Part shown: positions 38,633-47,860 of the stretch, piece after piece
How positions within the stretch are numbered: the stretch's first letter is position 1
How the letters are laid out: the number at the start of each line of letters is the position of its first letter
Program-made: the position numbers and the translations under genes
The notes under the pieces: model-generated
What the model was told of the DNA's origin: nothing
What the model saw: only the letters and a program-made list of their open reading frames with translations
The model's database searches: none
Sequence record: MN508616.2
DNA: 64,000 nucleotides
Reading direction: 5' to 3' (one strand)
Origin: Escherichia phage ES19

Positions 38633-38846
38633 ATTTGACTTCCTCACCAGTACATAAATCGTATTCAACTAAACGAATAGGTTCATGAATGCCATATCCC
38701 TGAACAGAAATTTCTGTCGTAGGATAAATTCCACTAATATCACCCATATTCCACGCTTCATTAAATTGCTGTTCGCCTGAATTACTAAACCATTCTGCGA
38801 AAGCATTTAACACATCTTTAGAACCTTCAATAATTATCTTTGCCAT
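38625..38846 (-). CDS. hypothetical small protein
   Basis: 73-aa ORF. Confidence 0.4.
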   Translation of the reverse strand: MAKIIIEGSKDVLNAFAEWFSNSGEQQFNEAWNMGDISGIYPTTEISVQGYGIHEPIRLVEYDLCTGEEVKYD

Positions 38847-38855
38847 TACAAGCTC

Positions 38856-39050
38856 TCAGTAAAGGTACGAGATTTTAACTGTAGGCTGTGGCTCAATTTC
38901 AATTTCACGGGCATGCAAACCGTAGAAAATTTCTGGGTCTACAAAAGAGTCCACTTTAAAGGTTTTAGAGACAATAATTCGTGCTTGAATACCATCTTCA
39001 AAATAAATAGTACCTTTATGTGTGCCTTCAAGAATTTGATATGCTTTCAT
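38856..39050 (-). CDS. hypothetical small protein
   Basis: 64-aa ORF. Confidence 0.4.
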   Translation of the reverse strand: MKAYQILEGTHKGTIYFEDGIQARIIVSKTFKVDSFVDPEIFYGLHAREIEIEPQPTVKISYLY

Positions 39051-39056
39051 ATAACC

Positions 39057-39386
39057 TCAATTAGAAAATAATTTTATCCAAGATTGTTCTTTAATTAAAA
39101 ATGGCTCAGAATCATATGCCATTAAACTTTGAGTAATTAATCCTTTAAATGGTCCATCAATAAATTCCATGGTAAAATATGGAATTTTATTCATTAATCT
39201 TGCATTAGGAGCAGTGCACAAAACTCTGCATCCTTTGAATACACCTTTTTGTAATTTGTATTGCTTGGGATAAAATTCGCTCAAGACGTTGTTATTTGCC
39301 AAAATTTCAAAATGATTCACCAATTTATTTTTAATAGTTTTTGGCGAAAAATAAAGATATTCGAAAAGTTGCGTATCTGTCATCAT
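39057..39386 (-). CDS. hypothetical protein
   Basis: Start at MMTDTQLFEY overlapping the upstream stop (TGATG). Confidence 0.4.
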   Translation of the reverse strand: MMTDTQLFEYLYFSPKTIKNKLVNHFEILANNNVLSEFYPKQYKLQKGVFKGCRVLCTAPNARLMNKIPYFTMEFIDGPFKGLITQSLMAYDSEPFLIKEQSWIKLFSN

Positions 39387-39922
39387 TGCATTCCAATTAC
39401 GAAAAACTGCGGACGAGTAATACCGCCAATGCAGCATTTACTATTGCAGCAGTGTTGCACAGTTTCAATATGAATATCGTAAATCTTATCCATATCAGGA
39501 GATTTGACAGGCTCATCAATTATATACAAAATTCGCGAAAGCGATAAACCTCTGAACTTGCTTCCTTTATTACCAATAAAACTGCGTACAGAATCAGTAA
39601 ATAAACGAAAACGTATATCATCATTAGAATAACGTGAAAATTCCTTTTTAATGTTATTTGCAGAAATTTTAGCGTAAGCTGAAGTATTAGAAAGAACAAT
39701 AACTGTTCCGCCATCATACAACCAATTAGCAGCAAAGTTAGTCACAGCAATTGATTTACCAGATTGACGTCCACCGTCTAGTCGAAGTGTGCAATACTGT
39801 TTAAGCAAGTCTTCAAATGGCAGGATATATTCGTTTTTACAAATTTCTTCTACTCTAGCATCAGAATGGTGTGTAAAAGCATTCATCAGGGATAGATAAG
39901 GACCAGTTAAAAATGTTCTCAT
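39383..39922 (-). CDS. hypothetical P-loop protein
   Basis: Start at MRTFLTGPY behind GAGAGAATAAA; Walker-A-like DGGRQSGKS. Confidence 0.45.
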   Translation of the reverse strand: MRTFLTGPYLSLMNAFTHHSDARVEEICKNEYILPFEDLLKQYCTLRLDGGRQSGKSIAVTNFAANWLYDGGTVIVLSNTSAYAKISANNIKKEFSRYSNDDIRFRLFTDSVRSFIGNKGSKFRGLSLSRILYIIDEPVKSPDMDKIYDIHIETVQHCCNSKCCIGGITRPQFFVIGMQ

Positions 39923-40067
39923 TTTATTCTCTCTAAATTTGGGCCATTCCATGGCGCATGAATTGTCCATTTCTGTATTTACCCATTACCGCACTTGGGC
40001 TCGACCTTATTACAGGTTGGTGGGAATCCCTCACAGAATCATGAGGTCCAGGTTATTCCCATGTTAT

Positions 40068-40484
40068 TTAAATGTAAATATTTTTGCCGTAATACTTATA
40101 CCAGTGTGGCTTCATTAAAATTTTTTCATCGAGTCGTTGTTGACTCAACTTAATAGCTGATTTGCATGGATTATAATCATTTTTCCATTCTACTGGAATA
40201 TCGCTGATGTCAGGAACTTCAGTATCTTTTATACTGAACCCGCGTTTTAAGCATTCCGTTATAATGTCCGATTGACGCTTTCGCAAAAATTCTAACTTAT
40301 CGTAAAAGAAAGTAACATGACCAGAACCTAAAATAAATTTAGAAGATATTTTAAAATCTTTAACGCGCTTACCGTTTGCCACATGCTTACGAACTATACC
40401 AAAAACACGCGGCAATTCACGGTATTCTGCGATTAAATGTTGATCAGCAAGTTCAGATACTAAAGTCAAATTAATACGAGTCAT
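40068..40484 (-). CDS. denV: endonuclease V (pyrimidine-dimer DNA glycosylase)
   Basis: 138-aa [32 protein letters not shown]...; matches T4 DenV. Confidence 0.9.
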   Translation of the reverse strand: MTRINLTLVSELADQHLIAEYRELPRVFGIVRKHVANGKRVKDFKISSKFILGSGHVTFFYDKLEFLRKRQSDIITECLKRGFSIKDTEVPDISDIPVEWKNDYNPCKSAIKLSQQRLDEKILMKPHWYKYYGKNIYI

Positions 40485-40543
40485 TTTATCCCTCCAAGTA
40501 ACTGTGAATATACTATCACAATTCTAGGAGAAAGTAAATAGCT

Positions 40544-41074
<531 letters not shown>

Positions 41075-41530
41075 TTAAAAGAGGCTGTTCATTATTCGGT
41101 AAAGTGAAGGACCCATCACATATTGCCACTGAGTACGAGGAATAAGAGCAAAAGCATCCATCTCTGGAATCATAACGCCATCTTTATTTTCAAAATAAGA
41201 CTCGCAATGGCAATTTCTAAACATCTCATGCTCTACTGGAATCGTATAATAAAATAACTGTAAGTCTTTATTACTAGAATATTTAAATACACCTAAGTCT
41301 TCTAGAAGGTCTGGATTATAATCGATAAAACCAGTCTCTTCTGAGCATTCTCTTTTTGCAGCTTCCAGTGCATTCAAATCAGAACTTTCTACACGCCCCT
41401 TTGGAATATCCCAGCGATGTGCAATCATTCCAGGTTTACGAGAACCGGTAACTCGTCCCATAAATAAATCTTTATCTTCTGTCATAAAGATAATACCAGC
41501 TGATAATGTTTTCATTTTAATTTCCTGCAT
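41075..41530 (-). CDS. nudE: Nudix hydrolase NudE
   Basis: 151-aa ORF with Nudix box GRVESSDLNALEAAKRECSEETGF. Confidence 0.8.
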   Translation of the reverse strand: MQEIKMKTLSAGIIFMTEDKDLFMGRVTGSRKPGMIAHRWDIPKGRVESSDLNALEAAKRECSEETGFIDYNPDLLEDLGVFKYSSNKDLQLFYYTIPVEHEMFRNCHCESYFENKDGVMIPEMDAFALIPRTQWQYVMGPSLYRIMNSLF

Positions 41531-42000
41531 TCAGTGATAAAATTATTTAATTTTTGAGCATATTTCTTTTCATCAAAAATCTTTTGTTGTCTGCGTAAAC
41601 GCCATGGCATTTCAATGAACATACGCCATATTCCTGATAATACTGCTGCTGTAAAAATATTAACAAGTATAGTTAAAAGAACCCAATCTCCTATTCTGTC
41701 CATTGGATTTTTTATAAAAAAGTAAAATACGAACGATGATATAGGAAGACTAATGATATACCACAGAAGAACCTTCTTATCTGTGAACCAATCAGCATTC
41801 GTTAACTTAGCGCGACCGTTTTGAATACATACGAACTTATCATCTGTTACAGTAAATGGCTTAGCTGCTTGATATCCCATTCTAAACTCCCTAATCAACA
41901 AATTTTTCATATCTTCGGAACAACCATTCCAGTCAACTCTATCAACTGAAATGCCATCATCCCCATCATCTAAATCATACCAGCGAGTTTTTAAAATCAT
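41512..42000 (-). CDS. hypothetical membrane protein, tandem paralog 1
   Basis: 162-aa ORF; two helices then basic tail ending FITECRKLK. Confidence 0.45.
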   Translation of the reverse strand: MILKTRWYDLDDGDDGISVDRVDWNGCSEDMKNLLIREFRMGYQAAKPFTVTDDKFVCIQNGRAKLTNADWFTDKKVLLWYIISLPISSFVFYFFIKNPMDRIGDWVLLTILVNIFTAAVLSGIWRMFIEMPWRLRRQQKIFDEKKYAQKLNNFITECRKLK

Positions 42001-42359
42001 TTAATTTTCCTACAATCACTCACAAACTCTTTCATTGACTCATTTTCAATATAAGACATGTAGCTATTATATTCTTTTAATTGTATTTTGTAATCTTTTT
42101 TTCTTTGCCAATTTATTTTAAAATTATCATAATGAAAATATAAAATGATACCAAAGAATGAAAACAATGAAATAATTTTAGTATAACAAAGCTCACTCCA
42201 AACTTCTGTTATATTTACTGTGCCGTCGATGTTTAAAATAAGACAGTCAATTAACAATCCAAAAAGACTACCTGCAAGAGCTGCAGCCAACGCCACAGCA
42301 AAAATTAAAAATGACTCAGAAAACGAATATTTGACTTTATTTAGTTTTGGCTTTTGCAT
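41997..42359 (-). CDS. hypothetical membrane protein, tandem paralog 2
   Basis: 120-aa ORF; two helices then tail ending FVSDCRKIK. Confidence 0.45.
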   Translation of the reverse strand: MQKPKLNKVKYSFSESFLIFAVALAAALAGSLFGLLIDCLILNIDGTVNITEVWSELCYTKIISLFSFFGIILYFHYDNFKINWQRKKDYKIQLKEYNSYMSYIENESMKEFVSDCRKIK

Positions 42360-42754
42360 CGTGATTCCTTAACAAATTTCATAATTTCATCAAATTCATA
42401 CGCAGCAAGTTTAAGCTGATGTTCCTTTTTAATCTTTTTACACTGTGCTTTCCAATCACGTACGCGTTTACGATAATGCCTTCCTTGATACCAGTATCCT
42501 ACCCAATTTACGGGTACTAATAAAAGTGGAACTATTAATGGAAGAATTAGCATTAACACAAGTATTTCGCCAGAATCAATATCAGTCATAACATCTAAAA
42601 CACCTCCAATAATCAATAGAATTACAAATGATATGAGTATAACAGGACCTATTAACACATCAGTAGAAATTATCTGACGCTTTAATTCATACTTCAACGG
42701 TTTACTTGGAAGGTATAGTGATGGCTTTGACATATTCTCTACATTCCTTAACAA
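42341..42754 (-). CDS. hypothetical membrane protein, tandem paralog 3
   Basis: 137-aa ORF; two helices then tail ending FVKESRCKSQN. Confidence 0.45.
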   Translation of the reverse strand: MLRNVENMSKPSLYLPSKPLKYELKRQIISTDVLIGPVILISFVILLIIGGVLDVMTDIDSGEILVLMLILPLIVPLLLVPVNWVGYWYQGRHYRKRVRDWKAQCKKIKKEHQLKLAAYEFDEIMKFVKESRCKSQN

Positions 42755-43310
42755 ATTTTTCTAGTAATAAATCACTTTCAAAATTGGGATTTTCTACAAA
42801 TTTATCAAAAAGATCATCAACAATAGTTAAGATATTCTTTTTACTAAGAATACGTTTATTTTCATGCTTCGTTTCAGAATCAACTATAAGAGTAAAGAAA
42901 TATTTCTTGCCCTGAAATTTTACAGTAGTATCAATATAAAATAAATTTGACTTTTGTAAATTACGTTTAAACCATGCGTCACTTAAACTATAAACACCGA
43001 GATAATCAAAATCGTCGTTTAAATAACAAACCGTCCATTCAGGAGAAATGAAATCAGTAAATTCAACATCAAAATCACACGTCAATGAATGAATTGATTC
43101 AATACTGTTAATGAGTATTCCAGGACGTATTAAAGACTTTTTACCTCTAGAAAATCTTCCGGAAAGGCTTTCATCAGTTTCATATGAAGACCCCCAATAG
43201 TAATTACGTCCTTCTGCCATGCGTTTAAGAGCATTTAGTAATTGGTCTGGAACATCAACCTGTCTTTGAAACTCTTCAAACATTGAATTGAAATCACTTT
43301 GCATTTTCAT
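42702..43310 (-). CDS. hypothetical protein
   Basis: 202-aa ORF; start may be slightly downstream to reduce overlap. Confidence 0.4.
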   Translation of the reverse strand: MKMQSDFNSMFEEFQRQVDVPDQLLNALKRMAEGRNYYWGSSYETDESLSGRFSRGKKSLIRPGILINSIESIHSLTCDFDVEFTDFISPEWTVCYLNDDFDYLGVYSLSDAWFKRNLQKSNLFYIDTTVKFQGKKYFFTLIVDSETKHENKRILSKKNILTIVDDLFDKFVENPNFESDLLLEKFVKECREYVKAITIPSK

Positions 43311-43330
43311 TCCTATTTACTCCAAGTAAT

Positions 43331-43347
43331 AGGGGCCCGAAGCCCCT
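43331..43347 (-). other. intercistronic RNA hairpin with UUCG tetraloop
   Basis: Minus-strand AGGGGC-UUCG-GGCCCCT between two ORFs. Confidence 0.45.
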
Positions 43348-43352
43348 TATCA

Positions 43353-43946
43353 TTATTTCAGAGAATTAATATATTCCTGAACATCGGCAGAGGTAGTTTC
43401 AACCCCAGAAATATTACCATTAAAGGTTTCAACTCGAGCAAGAGTATCTTCAATATCAACCTTAGTCAGTGCTGCAATTTCAACTACATCATCAGCAGTA
43501 CTAATTCCAAGGGCATTCGCTGCACGAGTTTCACGGATATATTCCAATTTAACCGCAAGTTCTTGACGAGCATCATCTAACTCAACTACTTTCTTGGCGA
43601 TTTCAATTCGCATTTCAGCATAACCGTCAGCCTTAGTAGTCAACTGCTCAGCTGTTCGACGATATAGTAAACCGAGTTTAGCATGCATTGTTACATCTTG
43701 GCCTTCGGAAAGAAGTTTACGAATTTCACGCTCTTTTGATTCGGCCTGTCGATTCTTTTCGATAACAAGTTCACGAATACGTTTTTCTTCGTTAATAGAT
43801 TTAACAGAAGCAGTTTTTAGATCTTTAATTTTATCAAGTAGTTTTGCTGCTGCAGCAGTATACTGTTCTTCGACAGATAGATTTTTAGCCATAGCAGAAC
43901 CAAGTTTAGTGCGAATAAACTCAACAATTTTCTTCAGTGTGTTCAT
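43353..43946 (-). CDS. hypothetical coiled-coil protein (PspA/IM30-like architecture possible)
   Basis: 197-aa almost entirely helical, heptad-rich ORF; the similarity to PspA is only architectural. Confidence 0.4.
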   Translation of the reverse strand: MNTLKKIVEFIRTKLGSAMAKNLSVEEQYTAAAAKLLDKIKDLKTASVKSINEEKRIRELVIEKNRQAESKEREIRKLLSEGQDVTMHAKLGLLYRRTAEQLTTKADGYAEMRIEIAKKVVELDDARQELAVKLEYIRETRAANALGISTADDVVEIAALTKVDIEDTLARVETFNGNISGVETTSADVQEYINSLK

Positions 43947-44047
43947 AGTATTTCCTTAGGTTAATTGAGATTTAAAATCCGTAGGAGTATAATACTCTAT
44001 CGTCAAATTATAGGCTCATAATATCTCAATCATGAGCCTGCGTAAAC

Positions 44048-44311
44048 TTATTTCATATTATTGAAATATTCTTCTGCGATTTCGTCGTTATCATGGTAAA
44101 CTTTAGAAGACAGTTTAACATAACCTTCTGCTGTGAACATATTAATCACAACTTTTACAGTATACCACTGACCGTCTTCATTACCCATTACTGCGTAAGT
44201 TTCAAACATCGGATGATCAGGACCGATAACTTTAATATCATTCACTGTACGACCGAAATCTTCTGAAACGCATTTCATAAAGAAGTTGAACAGTTCGCCG
44301 TAATTATCCAT
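44048..44311 (-). CDS. hypothetical protein
   Basis: Start at MDNYGELFNFFMK behind GGAGAATGAA and an early promoter. Confidence 0.45.
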   Translation of the reverse strand: MDNYGELFNFFMKCVSEDFGRTVNDIKVIGPDHPMFETYAVMGNEDGQWYTVKVVINMFTAEGYVKLSSKVYHDNDEIAEEYFNNMK

Positions 44312-44354
44312 TTCATTCTCCAAGTTGTTTTCTGTATCAGTAGTTGATAGTTGT

Positions 44355-44384
44355 ATAGTACCATGGAAGAACAGAGATGTAAAC
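44355..44384 (-). promoter_or_regulatory. T4-type early promoter (-35 GTTTAC, -10 TACTAT)
   Basis: Near-identical copy of the 3775..3804 promoter. Confidence 0.55.
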
Positions 44385-44540
44385 AGTTTTGTGAAAAAAT
44401 TTTTAGGGAATTCTAGGGCAGGGATGGGCAATTAAAGGATAGGATAATATATTATAAAGGGTATAAACTAAATGATGCCTAGAGAGGTCCAGAAAGGCCT
44501 AGATACCAAAAAGCCCTATCATTTAGATAGGGATTTAAAA

Positions 44541-45104
44541 TTATTTACCTAGTTTACTTATTATAGCTTCTGCAGCAGCTTTTAGCTTAGATGCAGTGTT
44601 AATACGATTTTTAATTTCAGTATACGCATCGCCAAGAACATCAAGGCTATCAGAATAAACACTTACACTATTGCGTTCGCTATTTGAAATAGAACCTTTA
44701 GTTTTGCGGTCAAAATCGGTGTACACGTCTTGAAGATCGCGGGCTGCCTTCTTTGCATCATCCAATGCATCAAGAGCTTTATTCAAAGCATTAACGTATT
44801 TTTTAGTGTCGAACATATTCTTAGAAATTTTAACAGGTGCGCGTTCAGGAGTAGCTAACACAGATTTAGGAACCTGAGCGCCAGATGCCAATTTCTTAGA
44901 AATTTTGAAAAATGCTTTATTGAATTTATTTTCTTGACTCATTGTAAAAGAACTATTATCGATGTTGTACATTTCAATAGCTTTAGCTTTCCACTTAAGA
45001 AAATCGCCGCGGTCTTTTGGGTCCAATTGGAAGAATACTTTAGTAAGATCTGCTTCAGATGGTAATTTTGCTGCTTCGGTTAAAAATTCGGCATAGGTTT
45101 TCAT
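44541..45104 (-). CDS. internal protein candidate (IPIII-like) with capsid-targeting sequence
   Basis: N terminus MKTYAEFLTEA matches the T-even capsid-targeting sequence with an LxE prohead-protease site; basic, Ala/Lys-rich body. Confidence 0.6.
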   Translation of the reverse strand: MKTYAEFLTEAAKLPSEADLTKVFFQLDPKDRGDFLKWKAKAIEMYNIDNSSFTMSQENKFNKAFFKISKKLASGAQVPKSVLATPERAPVKISKNMFDTKKYVNALNKALDALDDAKKAARDLQDVYTDFDRKTKGSISNSERNSVSVYSDSLDVLGDAYTEIKNRINTASKLKAAAEAIISKLGK

Positions 45105-45194
45105 TTAAAATCCTTGAAATAATTTATCGGTTGGTTATTAATTATTTATTACTTTGTTACTATCCGTAACAGCGTTATCCGAGTGATTCAAACT

Positions 45195-45222
45195 AAAAAG
45201 CCCCAACCTTTCGGTCGGGGCT
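45195..45222 (-). terminator. intrinsic terminator
   Basis: Minus-strand GCCCCGACC-GAAA-GGTTGGGGC followed by TTTTT, after the IP gene ending at 45230. Confidence 0.6.
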
Positions 45223-45229
45223 AAGAATG

Positions 45230-45703
45230 TCATTTGATTTGTTTAGCAGACCAAATGCGGTCTTTAATAATTTTTTGGATGTCTTCAACATACTCAAGAG
45301 AGTGAACATGTGGATTATCTTTGAAACTATAAGCACGGGCTAACTTTTGGCCTTCGGTTTTGATTACTAAAAGCTCTTTAAGGATAGCTTCATATTTAGC
45401 GATAATTCCTTTAACGATATTTTTTTCTTGTGCCGCTTTAGGATCTGCTTTAGGAGCAGGTTTACCCGAAGCCTTTGCAAAAGCAGCGCCAGTAGCAACT
45501 AAACTTTTCCAGGCCATACTAACTGCATTTCCCGTAAATCCTTCCGCTTTCATGTCGCGTGCAAACTGGAATCGTGATTCATCAGAAGCATCTTTATAGG
45601 AATATTTACCCGCGGCAATGGCAGCTTTTGCAACAGCTTGAATTTCGGTGCTAGATGCTTCATTTAACACCGCTTCATTTAAAAATTGAGTATATGATTT
45701 CAT
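45230..45703 (-). CDS. internal protein candidate with capsid-targeting sequence
   Basis: Start at MKSYTQFLNEA (157 aa); late promoter TATAAATA upstream; the first 59 codons of the tracked ORF run across the terminator and promoter. Confidence 0.55.
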   Translation of the reverse strand: MKSYTQFLNEAVLNEASSTEIQAVAKAAIAAGKYSYKDASDESRFQFARDMKAEGFTGNAVSMAWKSLVATGAAFAKASGKPAPKADPKAAQEKNIVKGIIAKYEAILKELLVIKTEGQKLARAYSFKDNPHVHSLEYVEDIQKIIKDRIWSAKQIK

Positions 45704-45742
45704 CTTATTTCCTGTTTTAATTTGTAGATTTAATATACTAAT

Positions 45743-45750
45743 ATTTATAC
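45743..45750 (-). promoter_or_regulatory. late promoter (TATAAATA)
   Basis: Minus-strand TTGGTATAAATATT about 40 nt upstream of the IP start at 45703. Confidence 0.5.
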
Positions 45751-45751
45751 C

Positions 45752-45779
45752 AAAAAGCCCCAACCTTTCGGTCGGGGCT
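45752..45779 (-). terminator. intrinsic terminator (exact repeat of 45195..45222)
   Basis: Identical hairpin plus U-run at the 3' end of the non-coding region. Confidence 0.6.
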
Positions 45780-45830
45780 AAGCCTTGCGGCAACCTTGTC
45801 GGGGTTCCACCTGCTAAGGCAAGTGTTTGT

Positions 45831-45922
45831 ACGAAACGCCGGGATTCGAACCCGGTTATTAAGTAGTTGACGCTACTCAATATTTTTAAAAGGCCATATC
45901 TCGACCATATCCGAACGTTCCG
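45831..45922 (-). ncRNA. tRNA-like element (acceptor stem plus canonical T-arm, aberrant body)
   Basis: Minus strand: 7-bp acceptor CGGAACG/CGTTTCG and T-arm CCGGG-TTCGAAT-CCCGG; no regular D or anticodon arm; lies in a 300-nt ORF-free interval. Confidence 0.3.
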
Positions 45923-46086
45923 TCAAAAACGCTACTCGGCTTACGGCAAAGATATTTCCTCGAATCGATAATTCGGTGCGCCGTTTCTGCTGTGATAGTA
46001 AAGAGCCAGAACACAGTAAAACTGTGGGAGGAAACTATACTCCAGGGAACATCAGTCCGACGACTTACCGGTAGCGACCCGGTTTC

Positions 46087-46437
46087 TTAATATTCTTTTA
46101 AAGAATCAATATATTCACGGCGTTTACGCCACAAATCAATTGCTTCATACGCGGATTCAGCATTTCGAATTAGCCGGCATTTATGTAAAGACTTATGATT
46201 TTGATATTGTGTAGATAACGGAATTGTATCTAAAAGGTCTTTACGATCAAAATATTCGTAACCATCTAAACCAAATGAACGATTTTTGAGAAATTGCCAA
46301 TGACCATATTCGTTTTCGACATAAACATAATCTGCATGCTGATAAAGCAAATTAATTACACGTTCAGAAATAACAGTATCATTATGATTAAAATAGAATG
46401 TTAAATCATGAACTACTAAATAAACATTACCTTTCAT
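46087..46437 (-). CDS. hypothetical protein
   Basis: 116-aa ORF immediately downstream of tRNA-Arg; start preceded by GTGAGGAAAAT. Confidence 0.5.
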   Translation of the reverse strand: MKGNVYLVVHDLTFYFNHNDTVISERVINLLYQHADYVYVENEYGHWQFLKNRSFGLDGYEYFDRKDLLDTIPLSTQYQNHKSLHKCRLIRNAESAYEAIDLWRKRREYIDSLKEY

Positions 46438-46455
46438 ATTTTCCTCACTTATAAT

Positions 46456-46531
46456 TGGTCGAGGCAGTAGGGATCGAACCTACGACCTAGGACTTAGAAG
46501 GTCCTTGCTCTTCCTTCTGAGCTATGCCCCG
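46456..46531 (-). tRNA. tRNA-Arg (anticodon TCT)
   Basis: Hand-folded cloverleaf: acceptor CGGGGCA/TGCCTCG, anticodon loop CTTCTAA, T-loop GGTTCGATC; CCA encoded. Confidence 0.8.
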
Positions 46532-46535
46532 TAAT

Positions 46536-46611
46536 TGGGGTGACCGATGGGAGTCGAACCCATGACTACGAGAATCACAATCTCGAGTTCTACCAACTGA
46601 ACTACGGCCAC
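46536..46611 (-). tRNA. tRNA-His (anticodon GTG)
   Basis: Acceptor GTGGCCG/CGGTCAC, anticodon stem CGAGA/TCTCG with loop TTGTGAT, T-loop GGGTTCGACTCCC, discriminator C, CCA encoded. Confidence 0.75.
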
Positions 46612-46725
46612 ATTAATACCTACTCCAACAATCAAGATGTCTTCACACGAAATTAAGAGAAGAGTGATCAGTTCAACCCCTATAATCGCGTCAAGTAGAT
46701 ATTAATGTGACAGTTGTCACAAATT

Positions 46726-46800
46726 TGGCGGACGTGATAGGATTCGAACCTATAACCAATCGCTTAACAGGCGATCGCTCTGCCATTGAGCTACACATCC
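46726..46800 (-). tRNA. tRNA-Asn (anticodon GTT)
   Basis: Acceptor GGATGTG/CACGTCC, anticodon stem ATCGC/GCGAT with loop CTGTTAA, T-loop AGGTTCGAATCCT; CCA encoded. Confidence 0.75.
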
Positions 46801-46805
46801 AAATT

Positions 46806-46891
46806 GGTGGGGAGTGGTGGAGTCGAACCACCCGAGTCGCAATGACAATGGATTTACAGTCCACACCGCTACCTCTACGGGATAACTCCCC
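46806..46891 (-). tRNA. tRNA-Tyr (anticodon GTA), long variable arm
   Basis: Acceptor GGGGAGT/ACTCCCC, anticodon loop CTGTAAA, long variable arm, T-loop GGTTCGACTCC; CCA encoded. Confidence 0.75.
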
Positions 46892-46900
46892 AAATTAATT

Positions 46901-46975
46901 TGGTGGCCCTGGGTGGAATTGAACCACCATCTGGCGATTATGAGTCGCTTGCTTGAACCTTCCAGCTACAGGGCC
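46901..46975 (-). tRNA. tRNA with CAT anticodon (Ile by analogy with T4 tRNA-Ile, otherwise Met)
   Basis: Acceptor GGCCCTG/CAGGGCC, anticodon stem AGCGA/TCGCC region with loop CTCATAA, T-loop GGTTCAATTCC; CCA encoded. Confidence 0.7.
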
Positions 46976-46976
46976 T

Positions 46977-47052
46977 TGGTGCTGATTGACGGAATCGAAC
47001 CGCCGACCTTCTCATTACAAGTGAGTTGCTCTACCTACTGAGCTAAATCAGC
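46977..47052 (-). tRNA. tRNA-Thr (anticodon TGT)
   Basis: Acceptor GCTGATT/AATCAGC, anticodon loop CTTGTAA, T-loop GGTTCGATTCC; CCA encoded. Confidence 0.8.
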
Positions 47053-47057
47053 AAAAC

Positions 47058-47147
47058 TGGCGGAGGCGATAGGATTTGAACCTATGAGTCGCCGGAGCGA
47101 CTGCCGGTTTTCAAGACCGGTGCATTAAACCACTCTGCCACGCCTCC
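47058..47147 (-). tRNA. tRNA-Ser (anticodon TGA), long variable arm
   Basis: Acceptor GGAGGCG/CGCCTCC, anticodon stem CCGGT/ACCGG with loop CTTGAAA, long variable arm, T-loop GGTTCAAATCC; CCA encoded. Confidence 0.8.
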
Positions 47148-47149
47148 AG

Positions 47150-47223
47150 TCTCCGTGGCAGGATTTGAACCTACGACATTCTGCTCCCAAAGCAGACGCT
47201 CTACCAAACTGAGCTACACGGAG
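47150..47223 (-). tRNA. tRNA-Pro (anticodon TGG)
   Basis: Acceptor CTCCGTG/CACGGAG, anticodon stem TCTGC/GCAGA with loop TTTGGGA, T-loop GGTTCAAATCC; CCA not encoded. Confidence 0.8.
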
Positions 47224-47233
47224 TAAATTAAAT

Positions 47234-47307
<74 letters not shown>

Positions 47308-47312
47308 AAATT

Positions 47313-47399
47313 TGGTGCGAGAAGTGGGACTCGAACCCACAAGGAAATCATTCCGCAGCATTTTAAGTGCTGTGCCTTTACCAATTTGGCCATTCTCGC
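47313..47399 (-). tRNA. tRNA-Leu (anticodon TAA), long variable arm
   Basis: Acceptor GCGAGAA/TTCTCGC, anticodon stem CAGCA/TGCTG with loop CTTAAAA, long variable arm, T-loop GGTTCGAGTCC; CCA encoded. Confidence 0.8.
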
Positions 47400-47400
47400 G

Positions 47401-47473
47401 CTGGGAATAAAGGACTCGAACCTTTGCATCCTGGAATCAAAATCCAGTGCCTTACCAACTTGGCTAATTCCCA
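47401..47473 (-). tRNA. tRNA-Gln (anticodon TTG)
   Basis: Acceptor TGGGAAT/ATTCCCA, anticodon stem CTGGA/TCCAG with loop TTTTGAT, T-loop GGTTCGAGTCC; abuts tRNA-Leu with a 1-nt spacer; CCA not encoded. Confidence 0.8.
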
Positions 47474-47570
47474 ATTATTAACAAAGGCTCTTAAGCAAGA
47501 ACCCTTGATGATAGAGGGTATTAATCAGTGCGATATGAGTTAATAATAACAAATAATTCTTAAAGCATAT

Positions 47571-47858
47571 TTACCATTTATAATAATACATATTTACGAT
47601 GCATTCAAGACCCAAAGGATTCTTGAAAATATCATATTCAAGAGGACCTTTTTCTGTTTCAATAAAGAAATCAAAATTTACTGTATTAAATTTACGTTCT
47701 TCCTTCACTAATTTAACTTGAGAAGATGAACGGTCAATGTAAACCTTTTCAACTTCAAAACATGTTAAAATGCCATAATCATCAATCAAAGCTTTAGCCG
47801 CGTCTTGATCATATTTATATCCATTTTCAATGGATGATACTTTCGCATAAAGAATCAT
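47571..47858 (-). CDS. hypothetical protein
   Basis: 95-aa ORF upstream of the tRNA cluster. Confidence 0.4.
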   Translation of the reverse strand: MILYAKVSSIENGYKYDQDAAKALIDDYGILTCFEVEKVYIDRSSSQVKLVKEERKFNTVNFDFFIETEKGPLEYDIFKNPLGLECIVNMYYYKW

Positions 47859-47860
47859 TA

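Noticed and set aside
39923-40067. Intergenic segment downstream of denV examined as a possible tRNA or intron remnant
   Set aside because: It contains only a short hairpin (CCTCA...TGAGG) and no acceptor/T-arm pair; the first 16 codons of the tracked ORF 39383..39970 here lack a ribosome-binding site.
45704-45880. N-terminal 59 codons of ORF 45230..45880
   Set aside because: This stretch reads across a terminator hairpin and a late promoter; the true start is the MKSYTQFLNEA ATG at 45703.
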